This document shows positions 19,001 to 26,667 of a DNA stretch of 27,790 nt, one piece after another (positions within the stretch are counted from its first letter, which is position 1; each line of letters begins with the position of its first letter). The DNA is from a virus (Duplodnaviria > Caudoviricetes), in IMG/VR virus record IMGVR_UViG_3300044641_001138, positions 1-27,790 of that record; one strand, 5' to 3'. A program made the position numbers and the translations under genes. The notes below the pieces were generated by a model. It was not told the DNA's origin. It saw only the letters and a list, made by a program, of their open reading frames with translations, and did no database searches.

Positions 19001-22000
19001 TTTCAAAGCCTTTTTGTGCTGTATCTGCAAACTCTTTTATAGATACATCAAACTGAGCATTTAATCCGCTCATTCCTTTTTCATCAAAGGTAATACTCTT
19101 GAAATCAAACTTTAGATCTTTCTTTCCTGCTTCTTCTTTAATTGTATCTATAAGTAATTGAACCTGCTCTTTTGCCATACCCTGAGAAATTAAATCAAGT
19201 CCCATAAAGGATAGAGAGGTTTGCGCTTGTTGATCTGACATTCCACGAACTTGCTCTATATTTTGTCCGTATGTTTCTTGAAATCCTTCAGATGCTTTTA
19301 ATTCTTCTCTTGCTGTTCGTACTTTTACAGATGTTGCTTCAAGGTCTTTTCCAAAAGTTTCTAAAGATCCTTTAACTGGAACAAAATTAAACTGTTCAGA
19401 TAAAAACTTTAACTTATCAGTACTTACTGTTATTACATCTGAAAATGCTTCTAGTTTTTGTCTTTCTTTTTCTCTTGCTGCATTTATCATTTTAGTTATA
19501 GAATAAAGACCAAGAAGACCTGTTGTTACAAGACCAATTGGACCAAGGAATCTTAAAAGAAATTTTCCAGCATTTAGCAGATTCTTGCCAAATCCAGCAA
19601 TTCCTCCACCTTTACTAAACAAAGATTTAAACCCAGTTCCACCCATTGCTGTTGCAACAGTTGACGCTCTTGTTGCAACTAATTCTGTAACCTTTGCCTG
19701 TGTAAGTAATTGTGTAACAGACATTAATGCAAACAGCAGTCCTGAATATTTCATTACCTGTTGAGATAGATTTCCAAGTGGGCCACTTGCCATGGACCCT
19801 GCGCCAGCAAGAGTGGTTAATGCAAATGTTCCAGCCATAAGGCCTTTATTCATTGAGTCAAGTTTTTGTGCAGAAGTTTTTCTTGCTTTTACTTCTTGAT
19901 CAATTGCTTCTTTCATTCCTGGAGATACCGCTGCGCTTGCAGCACTTGAAAGTCCCATTGTTCCTGGAGCACCCTGTGGTCGTACGGCACGTCTTCTTTG
20001 TTTTGCTCCACCACTTTGTGTGCCACTAACTGCTGCTGAACCTAGTGCTTGTCCAGACGCTGCAACTTCATCTTGCTGATTTGCCATGCCAACCTGAAGG
20101 CCACGAGCAATGTCTTCACCAATAGGAATTGTTTTTCTTGATGGTGAGTTTGTTCCTGCTGCTTGTGCTGTTGCCAAAACTGCTTGATTAGTAACTTGTG
20201 CTGCTGTTTGTGTAAGTAAAGATGCATCAATGCTTCCCATACCTCCAGCGCCTCTTCCAACAAGATGCTCTCCACCTAAACGAATATTTTTACCGCTTGG
20301 AAGTTGAACTTTCTTTTTCTTTGACATTTCTCCTGGAAACTTTTTACTTGGAACTTGGAAAGGAGTAAGTCCAGCACCTACGGCTGTTTGTTCATTAATA
20401 TTAAATCTAACTTCAGTCAATGCCTGTTGAGCAGTATCAAGTGCTTGACGAAGTTGTGAAAACTCTGGTAAAGTGCTTCTTATTTCTCTTTCAATTGCAG
20501 CAAATTGATCCGATGTAATTGTTGCGTTTTGATCAATATCAATCATAGATCTAACTGCATTTTGTAATTTTGCGTCATATGTTGCTAGTTCTTCAGCAAC
20601 TGCATCAGTCTTTACTCCAGCAATGCTTAATGACTTATTCCATTTTGCCAAACCTTGTTGTTCAAAGTCAGATAAGAAATCTTGTGCAGAAACAGCCTTA
20701 CCGCCAGCCATGCCTATATTTAATTGCTTTGATTGTGTAAACCCTAATCCAGAATAAATAAATACCTTTAGTTGTTCTCCAAAAACAGTAGCAAGTTCTT
20801 TTAATGTCATCATCATTGACTGAGAAAGTGTCTTTGGTGCACTCTCAAGCATCTTTAATAATGAACCAATTTGTACCTCTGCTTTATCTGTTATGTGTGC
20901 AAAGTCTGTTGCTCCTGGCAATCCTCTTCCAACTTGATACCCTGGAATATTTCCTGCAATCATTCCGTTAATTAGTGAACCATACTTCTTTGACATATCT
21001 GCTGGAATTACTGTTTCTCCAGGCATTAATAGTGCTAATTCTGTGTCTTGATTTCCAGTACCGCCAACAACTACTGGCTTTCCCTTTGCTCTCTTAGTAG
21101 GTGCGCCACCTGGTGCTCTCATCATTCCAGGATTGATTGCTGCAAATTTTGCACCTGCTGCTGTTGCTTGTTGATATGCTGCTATAAGTTGTGTAATAGC
21201 ACTTGTTTCTGCTGTAAATGTTTGTGTTAGTCTTGCATGTGATTGATCTAAAGAGTGAGATGCTGCCGCTGCATCAATCTGCTCCATTGTCAAATACTCA
21301 GTTTGTTCACCAAGTATTTGTGTTTGTCCAGTTAGTCTTAGGTATCCATTACGCAAAACCATTGCGCCCTTAACAATATTTGCCAAACCATTTGCAAGCA
21401 AACCAAACGTCATTAATGCTACAGGACCAATTGCTCCAATTGCAACTGTTAATACAACTATTGCTTTTTTTACTCCAGAAGATAGGTTGTTAAACTTTTC
21501 TACTATTCCACCAACAAATTCTAAAATTGGTGTTACTGCTTGTAAGAATGTTTGTCCAACTGGAACAAGTGCAAGTTTTAGATCTTCAACAGATTTACGG
21601 AACTTGTTCATTGCTGAATCAGCAGTTACTCCAAGTTCTGTTTCTGACAATAGCGCAAGATCTTCAATTGATGTACCAGCCAATTCAAGAACACGTGCTG
21701 CCTGACCAGTTTGATTTGTTACGTTATCAAACAAAGTTGACAAACGGGCAAACTGGAACTTACCAAATAGTTGCTCAATTGCTCTTGCACGAGTTAATGG
21801 ATCAAGTGTGTCTAGTGCTTTGGCAAAGTCTACAACTGTTGCCTTTAAGTCTCCCTGGTTTCCTTCAACAATTTGTTTAATGTTGATTCCATAACCTTGA
21901 AGAATTGCAGAGGCTTTTTCAGTTGGATTAATAAGAGCGGCTAGACCAGACTTAAGTGCGTTGGCACCTTCTGATGCATTAATTCCACCTTCTTTCATTG

Positions 22001-23090
22001 CGGCCATAAAGAATGCTAAATCTTTTACGTCACCACCGAGTTGTTGAATAACTGGTGCAACTTTAGGAATTGCAGTTGTAATATCATCAAGAGATACAAC
22101 AGTTTGGTTTTCTACTGCGTTAAGAAAATCAATTGATCCTGCAAGTTGGTCTGAAGACATCTTAAATGCATTTTGTAATGAAATGGTTGTTTCAAGTGCT
22201 TTGTTTGCTTCAATTTGTCCAAGAACAGAAAGTCTTGTTGCTTCAGTTGTCTGTCTTTGTAGATCTACTCCTTGGAAACCTGCTGCTGCAGCCTCTGCTG
22301 CAAGCCCAACTGTTTGAGAAACGGCAACGCCATACTTTGTAAACATTTGACCAAGAGCAGTTATGCTTTCAAGCGCAGCATCTGTTTCTGCTTTAGGAGT
22401 AAATAAATCCCCATAAACTTTTCTAAACTTAATTGTTTGCTCTTCCATCTCCATGAAAGTGCGAGTTGCTGCTGTTCCTAAAGCAATTAATGGCAGGGTA
22501 AATCCAACCATCAATTGTCTACCAGCCCACTGGGTATTCTTACCAAAGTTCAGTAAATTTGTAGAACCTTGCTTAACCAGTTGATTAAATATTGCTTGTT
22601 TTTGTGCTGCTATTTGTGTTTGAGTAGCAAAATTACTCATATCAAGTTGATTAGGCATGATGGCAATTGCCTTCATTGCACCGCTTGTATCACGACCTAA
22701 TTTAATATATTGAGTTTGTAGTCTCTTAACACGATCTTCTGCTACTTTGCCGATTGTGTCAAACTCTGACTTAAACAAACTACCAAATGTTTTAGTTGCT
22801 CCTCCAGCAAATCTGAAGTATTCTCGCATTGAGAATTTGTTTTTTTGAAGTGAGTCTGTAAAAGATTCTGCGGTTGTTTTTACGGTGCGGAGTTCTGCAG
22901 AGAATGATCCAATAGCATTTACGCTATTAAGAAAATTCTTCTGCAGATCTCTCTGCGCCAATGCAGCAGACTCGCTGCTTTTAGCGATAGATGTATGAAA
23001 CTGAGATATCTGACGTTGTAAAGCCTTTAGTTGGGCTAACGCTGCAGACGTATCAATATTAACGCCAATATTAGCATTAACATCAGCCAT
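16098..23090 (-). CDS. Tail tape measure protein (TP901-like core)
   Basis: 2330 aa, Ala-rich and helical. TMP core motifs (DFLNAVENQT...GGINASEGANALKSGL), hydrophobic segments, coiled coil and C-terminal GTDTVPAMLTPGEFV; SD GAGGTG. Confidence 0.95.
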   Translation of the reverse strand: MADVNANIGVNIDTSAALAQLKALQRQISQFHTSIAKSSESAALAQRDLQKNFLNSVNAIGSFSAELRTVKTTAESFTDSLQKNKFSMREYFRFAGGATKTFGSLFKSEFDTIGKVAEDRVKRLQTQYIKLGRDTSGAMKAIAIMPNQLDMSNFATQTQIAAQKQAIFNQLVKQGSTNLLNFGKNTQWAGRQLMVGFTLPLIALGTAATRTFMEMEEQTIKFRKVYGDLFTPKAETDAALESITALGQMFTKYGVAVSQTVGLAAEAAAAGFQGVDLQRQTTEATRLSVLGQIEANKALETTISLQNAFKMSSDQLAGSIDFLNAVENQTVVSLDDITTAIPKVAPVIQQLGGDVKDLAFFMAAMKEGGINASEGANALKSGLAALINPTEKASAILQGYGINIKQIVEGNQGDLKATVVDFAKALDTLDPLTRARAIEQLFGKFQFARLSTLFDNVTNQTGQAARVLELAGTSIEDLALLSETELGVTADSAMNKFRKSVEDLKLALVPVGQTFLQAVTPILEFVGGIVEKFNNLSSGVKKAIVVLTVAIGAIGPVALMTFGLLANGLANIVKGAMVLRNGYLRLTGQTQILGEQTEYLTMEQIDAAAASHSLDQSHARLTQTFTAETSAITQLIAAYQQATAAGAKFAAINPGMMRAPGGAPTKRAKGKPVVVGGTGNQDTELALLMPGETVIPADMSKKYGSLINGMIAGNIPGYQVGRGLPGATDFAHITDKAEVQIGSLLKMLESAPKTLSQSMMMTLKELATVFGEQLKVFIYSGLGFTQSKQLNIGMAGGKAVSAQDFLSDFEQQGLAKWNKSLSIAGVKTDAVAEELATYDAKLQNAVRSMIDIDQNATITSDQFAAIEREIRSTLPEFSQLRQALDTAQQALTEVRFNINEQTAVGAGLTPFQVPSKKFPGEMSKKKKVQLPSGKNIRLGGEHLVGRGAGGMGSIDASLLTQTAAQVTNQAVLATAQAAGTNSPSRKTIPIGEDIARGLQVGMANQQDEVAASGQALGSAAVSGTQSGGAKQRRRAVRPQGAPGTMGLSSAASAAVSPGMKEAIDQEVKARKTSAQKLDSMNKGLMAGTFALTTLAGAGSMASGPLGNLSQQVMKYSGLLFALMSVTQLLTQAKVTELVATRASTVATAMGGTGFKSLFSKGGGIAGFGKNLLNAGKFLLRFLGPIGLVTTGLLGLYSITKMINAAREKERQKLEAFSDVITVSTDKLKFLSEQFNFVPVKGSLETFGKDLEATSVKVRTAREELKASEGFQETYGQNIEQVRGMSDQQAQTSLSFMGLDLISQGMAKEQVQLLIDTIKEEAGKKDLKFDFKSITFDEKGMSGLNAQFDVSIKEFADTAQKGFEKVFQQVAVGEGRAARIQIVEKLVPNDEAKAAIKNAGKLVGSYAESLNRLATSGSIGLEDLTKITDTMFASISKSAPDASMQIRIFNATLNAIDPALSKAVKGVKDLKDMQLLLKAAIAGVSANLIASAALAFRTAEALNKVAAANLAAFGVKDLTADQAATRGFANNASVDARILLNKAMKEALELSKELNKVQGTGGGGAGGGTEKSAFQLAIEQLEKQQLELKNTKIAYDMLKKAGFDAATATKYAEDSVIALGLATGKISTKQLNQVKTLMEDIEKRAGSETIRKFLDSLGTENTLKEDFLKIVPQVLALGGTVKDIEAIFNNPTLMESFVDKSATAERIMERIKKYLDAVRSGEAIDLKFTLMFNPDEAKNELKKKAEELFGFLERAAQREYKPKIIDAEKEVKSAQDAVDAVQKEIQGIQDAIEKEQRSIEKEITRPIEDFQEEISDLQRVIELEFERPLAALSDESSMLSEELTVMDRVAEGINKKYDAQAEALTKISDINQEIIGQQKQQIGLADALTQGDISAAANAAQEMRASQAESAAKSAGDIIEAGRQAEISALRSPVSGLTRLQIEQRQFEIERRTFALNQQRKSIDEEILTIQDKIYNLEEEREKRLIAIRKEEDRIYEITNNQLKTAQSNLDAAQRNLDKLREELQARLDAVELQRDAWEAAADAEMAAAIAAGDYNDVIEATLKLLDDIEKKWRDIALAAANASGKLGLNDAYIAPSSSAADDASLNSLISAAQAVDAAQAAADAAAEAFDLASNSGEWWRFSELLQKKAAADLILKDALAEYDRVTGANSTSAGSGGGGGMVSYQYMSKGGMVPKYMGRGGLAKGTDTVPAMLTPGEFVMNKNATKKFGPLLASLNKGQYPRGMSQPSFGMSSSPKSFSQPSYSISSPTMMSAPITSVNAPSYNSNSNTVYNYSVGINVGGSNINPDSIAKSVMNEIRYVDSQRVRGQRG

Positions 23091-23121
23091 CTATTTACAC
23101 CTCGCTTTTTAGTTTTTGTTA

Positions 23122-23430
23122 TTAATCGTTAGAGTCTGCAGCAAGTGTTGTACCTGATGCTGCTTCTACGATCTTGTAGACAGTTGGTAAATCTAGAACT
23201 TCTTCTAGTTTCTCAATGTCTTCGGCTAGTTCTGGCTTATACTGCTTCATAGCAATCTGAACACATTCAACAAGAAGAGTCATTGACTTCTCGTTATTAT
23301 CCGCCACCGCCGCAACTCCCTCAAACTTTGCCATGAATGGTCGAAGTAGAGAGATTTTTAATGGACGAACAGAGATTTCTGTACCATCCATAAGTGTGAG
23401 TTTTTGAGCCTCATACTTTGTTGTTGCCAT
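23122..23430 (-). CDS. Tail assembly chaperone, short (G-like) paralog
   Basis: Lies between the tail tube gene and the TMP; about 40% identical by manual alignment to the N-terminal ~95 aa of 23473-24183; SD AGGAGG. Confidence 0.75.
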   Translation of the reverse strand: MATTKYEAQKLTLMDGTEISVRPLKISLLRPFMAKFEGVAAVADNNEKSMTLLVECVQIAMKQYKPELAEDIEKLEEVLDLPTVYKIVEAASGTTLAADSND

Positions 23431-23440
23431 TTTGCCTCCT

Positions 23441-23465
23441 ATTTAGGTTAACCTTAATTATAGCA
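23441..23465 (-). promoter_or_regulatory. Extended -10 promoter (TGCTATAAT) with a palindrome over the predicted start site
   Basis: TATAAT at 23462-23457 preceded by TGC; perfect 10-bp palindrome AGGTTAACCT at 23445-23454. Confidence 0.65.
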
Positions 23466-23472
23466 TGAAACA

Positions 23473-24183
23473 CTAGTTTTTAGGTTTCATTAGGTTTGGG
23501 TCTCTTTCATCAGAATAATCGAGCCCCATTCCAATTCCAAAGCCTACTTTTCTAGCATTCTGGCCTTGAAGTGAAAGAACGTCGTTACTGTCACTTGTTG
23601 CACCTCTGCTAAATACCCTGGCTTTCATGTCTTCCCATTCTTTTTGACCTTTATCAGGATTAGTAGATCCTTCTAAATCTACACCCTGTATTGCTGCCAA
23701 AAATTTCTTTTCTTCATAATCTAATTCTCTTTTACTGGCTAGAGTAACCATTAGTTCTGGCATAGATAATGACTCTTCTAGTTCTTGATAATCTTTCCAA
23801 ATACCTAGAATAAATACCTCTGCTTCTAATTTTGCAAGATCTAGATCATCCCAAGTCATACCGCTGGATTTTGCCTGTTCTACAACTGGCTCTTCTGATT
23901 TTTTGTTTATTTTAATTCCAGCAGCAATGTCAATAACCTTATATATTGTTGGTAGGTCTAGATAATCTTCTACTGCATCAGATATTTTTGGATAGTATTG
24001 TTTCATGCAAACACCAACACATTTTACCAAAATTTCAATTGCAGAATCATCGTCTGAGGCATTTTTTACACCTTCAAACTCAAACATAAATTCTCTTAAA
24101 TATTTAATCTTTAATGGTAGTATTTCTAATTCTGTTCCATCAATTAAATAAATATTGCCTCTGTTATATACTTCTGTAGCCAT
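23473..24183 (-). CDS. Tail assembly chaperone, long (GT-like) form encoded in a single frame
   Basis: Directly after the major tail gene. The N-terminal domain is paralogous to 23122-23430; there is an extra C-terminal domain (WDDLDLAKLEAEVFILGIWKDYQELEESLSMPEL). Confidence 0.75.
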   Translation of the reverse strand: MATEVYNRGNIYLIDGTELEILPLKIKYLREFMFEFEGVKNASDDDSAIEILVKCVGVCMKQYYPKISDAVEDYLDLPTIYKVIDIAAGIKINKKSEEPVVEQAKSSGMTWDDLDLAKLEAEVFILGIWKDYQELEESLSMPELMVTLASKRELDYEEKKFLAAIQGVDLEGSTNPDKGQKEWEDMKARVFSRGATSDSNDVLSLQGQNARKVGFGIGMGLDYSDERDPNLMKPKN

Positions 24184-24190
24184 TTTATCT

Positions 24191-24199
24191 ATTCTATCA
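24191..24199 (-). promoter_or_regulatory. Extended -10 promoter (TGATAGAAT), probably leaderless
   Basis: TAGAAT at 24196-24191 lies 7 nt upstream of ATG 24183; no SD present. Confidence 0.6.
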
Positions 24200-24202
24200 T
24201 AG

Positions 24203-24236
24203 AAACAACAAAGCCCACCCCCGAAGGGATGGGCCT
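24203..24236 (-). terminator. Intrinsic terminator after the major tail gene
   Basis: Minus strand GGCCCATCCC-TTCG-GGGGTGGGCT followed by TTGTTGTTT: a 10-bp stem with two GU pairs, a cUUCGg tetraloop and an interrupted U-tract. Confidence 0.88.
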
Positions 24237-24256
24237 GTTATTAATCTAAAACTAGA

Positions 24257-24892
24257 TTATGTTGCTGGTGTCCAGGTACGATCTACGATCTTACCGTATG
24301 AACCAGATGTGTCCTCTGGTAGGAGACGGAATGAAACTTCAAACATTGAAGCCTCATCACGCTTTGCAGATACTGTTACATTCTCAATTGAGAGTGCACG
24401 GTATGCGCTGTAAACACGCTCTACGTATGCTGAGTCCGCACAGTCACCTGTACCTGGACCAACAGCAATAATTCCACGCTCTACTGGACATTCGCCAATA
24501 TCGCCTGCGGATAGGTCAAGTGCCTGTCCGTTAGATGTGCTCTTTGTGCCTGACAACTGATCAGAGTTGTAAGCAAGTGCAAGAAGAAGGTTCTCAAGTG
24601 TTGCTTCAGCAAAAGCCGTTGCCATATTAACTTGCATTCCTTGCTTGTATAACTTAGCAACGTCAAGAAGTTGGTCAACCTGTACTTCGCCGAAGTCTGG
24701 TTGGAACTGCAATTCAAGGCCGTTCATTGTATAACCTACGTTAGTAAAATCATTGTCATCAGCGATTGTCTCTCTGTATGACTCGGATGATGTATAAGCA
24801 GGTAGGGTTCCAGCAGTTAGTGTTGTGTCTGCGACGAAAAGCGCTGCAGCACCAACAATAATGTTAGTAGACGTACCACGAGTGTATGCCAT
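24257..24892 (-). CDS. Major tail (tube) protein
   Basis: 211 aa; NIIVGAA, VGYTMNGLEL, FAEATLENL and FEVSFRLL are typical siphovirus tube motifs; flanked by its own promoter and terminator. Confidence 0.88.
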   Translation of the reverse strand: MAYTRGTSTNIIVGAAALFVADTTLTAGTLPAYTSSESYRETIADDNDFTNVGYTMNGLELQFQPDFGEVQVDQLLDVAKLYKQGMQVNMATAFAEATLENLLLALAYNSDQLSGTKSTSNGQALDLSAGDIGECPVERGIIAVGPGTGDCADSAYVERVYSAYRALSIENVTVSAKRDEASMFEVSFRLLPEDTSGSYGKIVDRTWTPAT

Positions 24893-24954
24893 ATTTTTTC
24901 ACCTCTACTTTCAATAGAATCTATATTAAGTTGTTGGGGTGTTTCCTCAAAATA

Positions 24955-24963
24955 AGTATAACA
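24955..24963 (-). promoter_or_regulatory. Extended -10 promoter (TGTTATACT) for the major tail gene
   Basis: Lies in the 77-nt intergenic gap, followed by a ~55-nt leader with SD GAGGTG. Confidence 0.6.
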
Positions 24964-24969
24964 GCATTT

Positions 24970-25536
24970 TTAAGTGTAAGGATTAGTATATGTTACCCCA
25001 TTTAGGGTAATTTGGTCATTAGTATGATAGTCGTACTCAATAATTAGTTTGTTTGCGTATACCGTTCTGGCTGAGGCTAGTTCTAGAACGTCTCTGGTCT
25101 CGTCTGCCTGATATACCTTTAAGTTATGAAAATAAACATTGTATGGCTCTATGCCAGTGACAGGATCTGAGCACCATGCGTTTATGTCTTGGGCTGCTGA
25201 ATCTTCACGATCAAGAGCGTCTGTGATAATTCTGTGAGCATCTGTTATTTTGCTTAAGTTGGTGCAATATAAATAATAGACCAACTGCTCTCTTTTATGT
25301 CTATAAAATGGGCTTGGTCTAAATCTAATTAATCTTTCATACTGAATCAATAGTGGGTCAGAGACTCCTGGTGCAGCAATATAATTTCTAAATACATCTT
25401 CTATGTTTGTAGGGGATGTAGGGAATATTGGAACCATTTGCTCTGTACCGCTTAAAATACCAAAACGTTGAAGTTGTCCAACAACATAGTGATTTACAAA
25501 AGTTGGTGGAAATGCGGTAACGTTAATATTTTCCAT
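24970..25536 (-). CDS. Tail terminator/completion protein (by synteny)
   Basis: 188 aa immediately upstream of the major tail gene. Confidence 0.6.
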   Translation of the reverse strand: MENINVTAFPPTFVNHYVVGQLQRFGILSGTEQMVPIFPTSPTNIEDVFRNYIAAPGVSDPLLIQYERLIRFRPSPFYRHKREQLVYYLYCTNLSKITDAHRIITDALDREDSAAQDINAWCSDPVTGIEPYNVYFHNLKVYQADETRDVLELASARTVYANKLIIEYDYHTNDQITLNGVTYTNPYT

Positions 25537-25540
25537 AATC

Positions 25541-26218
25541 TTATTCTACCCCAATCTTTGCATTTGTTATCCACTTGTACCCAGTAGCAACGCCTCTTGG
25601 TCTGCCCTGCTTTGCTCCTGCTTTTAAATTCTTTTTATAAATAGTTGGGTTGCTAATATAATCTGAAACTCCACTTGCTCTTAGGAATGCTTGAGTAAAA
25701 TATCTTCTCATGAATTCATCAAAGATTCTTTCAAAAGAACCTTCCACTTCTGTTCCACCTGGATTTCTTACTGTAATTGGCTTTGATGTAAAAACAGTTT
25801 CTCCACCTGAGTAAAATCTTATTACAGAGTTTTTCTTTGGTTTTATGAAAACTGGAATTCCATCTTCCATTATTCTTGCTTTATTATAAAAAGGTGTATT
25901 AGTGTCTGCTTGAACACTTGTTGATTGTCTAAAAGTTGAGCCTATAGAAAGACCAAGATTGCTAACAGTATAATTAATATCAAACAGTCTTGCTTCTGGA
26001 CTTCCAGTTCTGTACCACTCATATACGTGGTGAAGTGCTGAACTGTTTGCTCTTGCTTCAACATCTATGTACTCACCTAAAGCAAAAATAACGCCTCTTC
26101 CCAAATTGTCAAGAAACACCTTTTTGCCTTTTTGTGCACCTTCTAAAAACCCTAAAGAATAGTTTGCAATATTTAAAAGATCTTTTTCAAAGTTGTTTGT
26201 TGTTAGTGAAACTCTCAT
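25541..26218 (-). CDS. Neck/tail-completion protein (HK97 gp10-like position)
   Basis: 225 aa, basic; synteny between head closure and tail terminator; TAATG-coupled. Confidence 0.55.
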   Translation of the reverse strand: MRVSLTTNNFEKDLLNIANYSLGFLEGAQKGKKVFLDNLGRGVIFALGEYIDVEARANSSALHHVYEWYRTGSPEARLFDINYTVSNLGLSIGSTFRQSTSVQADTNTPFYNKARIMEDGIPVFIKPKKNSVIRFYSGGETVFTSKPITVRNPGGTEVEGSFERIFDEFMRRYFTQAFLRASGVSDYISNPTIYKKNLKAGAKQGRPRGVATGYKWITNAKIGVE

Positions 26219-26667
26219 TAGTCACCAACTGTCTGGTTTTCGGTTCTACGCCAGAGCATTTTGTAGTATTCTATTTCGCCAAATGGACCAACAAATGGCT
26301 CAAGAGTTCCAACTTCATATATTGTTCCACGACCAGTTCTTGGTCCAGCAGTTTCCTTATAAAGTATAATATCGGTTTTGCTTCTAATGTTTGTAATAAG
26401 AATGTTTGTTATTGCATTTTCTGACTCATTAGAAGACACTCTTATGTCTGATCTTGATCTACAAACTAATTTTCCATCATATTGTAAAAATGTATCTGGC
26501 TTTAATTCAACATCTCCAGCACCGCCTACTGTAGTAGCATTGCAAACAATAGTTCTATCAAATACCCATTCTTTGTTAGGCTGACCATAACTATTTTGTG
26601 TAATTATAGGATAGTAAATATCAGCCTTCATTGGATAGATAAAATCTGTTGTATCGCAACTTATCAT
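26218..26667 (-). CDS. Head-closure (stopper) protein
   Basis: 149 aa; ADIYYP..QNSYGQ..W and IYEV..LEP resemble SPP1 gp16-like head-closure proteins; synteny. Confidence 0.65.
   Translation of the reverse strand: MISCDTTDFIYPMKADIYYPIITQNSYGQPNKEWVFDRTIVCNATTVGGAGDVELKPDTFLQYDGKLVCRSRSDIRVSSNESENAITNILITNIRSKTDIILYKETAGPRTGRGTIYEVGTLEPFVGPFGEIEYYKMLWRRTENQTVGD

Noticed and set aside
23895-23915. A-rich run (ATA AAC AAA AAA TCA) at the G/T domain junction of the long chaperone as an active frameshift site
   Set aside because: It is not a canonical X XXY YYZ heptamer in the coding frame, and the gene is already open through the T domain; at most a relic.
24896-24920. Hairpin sequestering the major tail gene SD
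   Set aside because: Only about 6 bp with two GU pairs; too weak to claim without folding calculations.
24257-25536. Contractile tail sheath (myovirus)
   Set aside because: There is no sheath-sized gene between the tail terminator and the tube gene; the layout fits a siphovirus.
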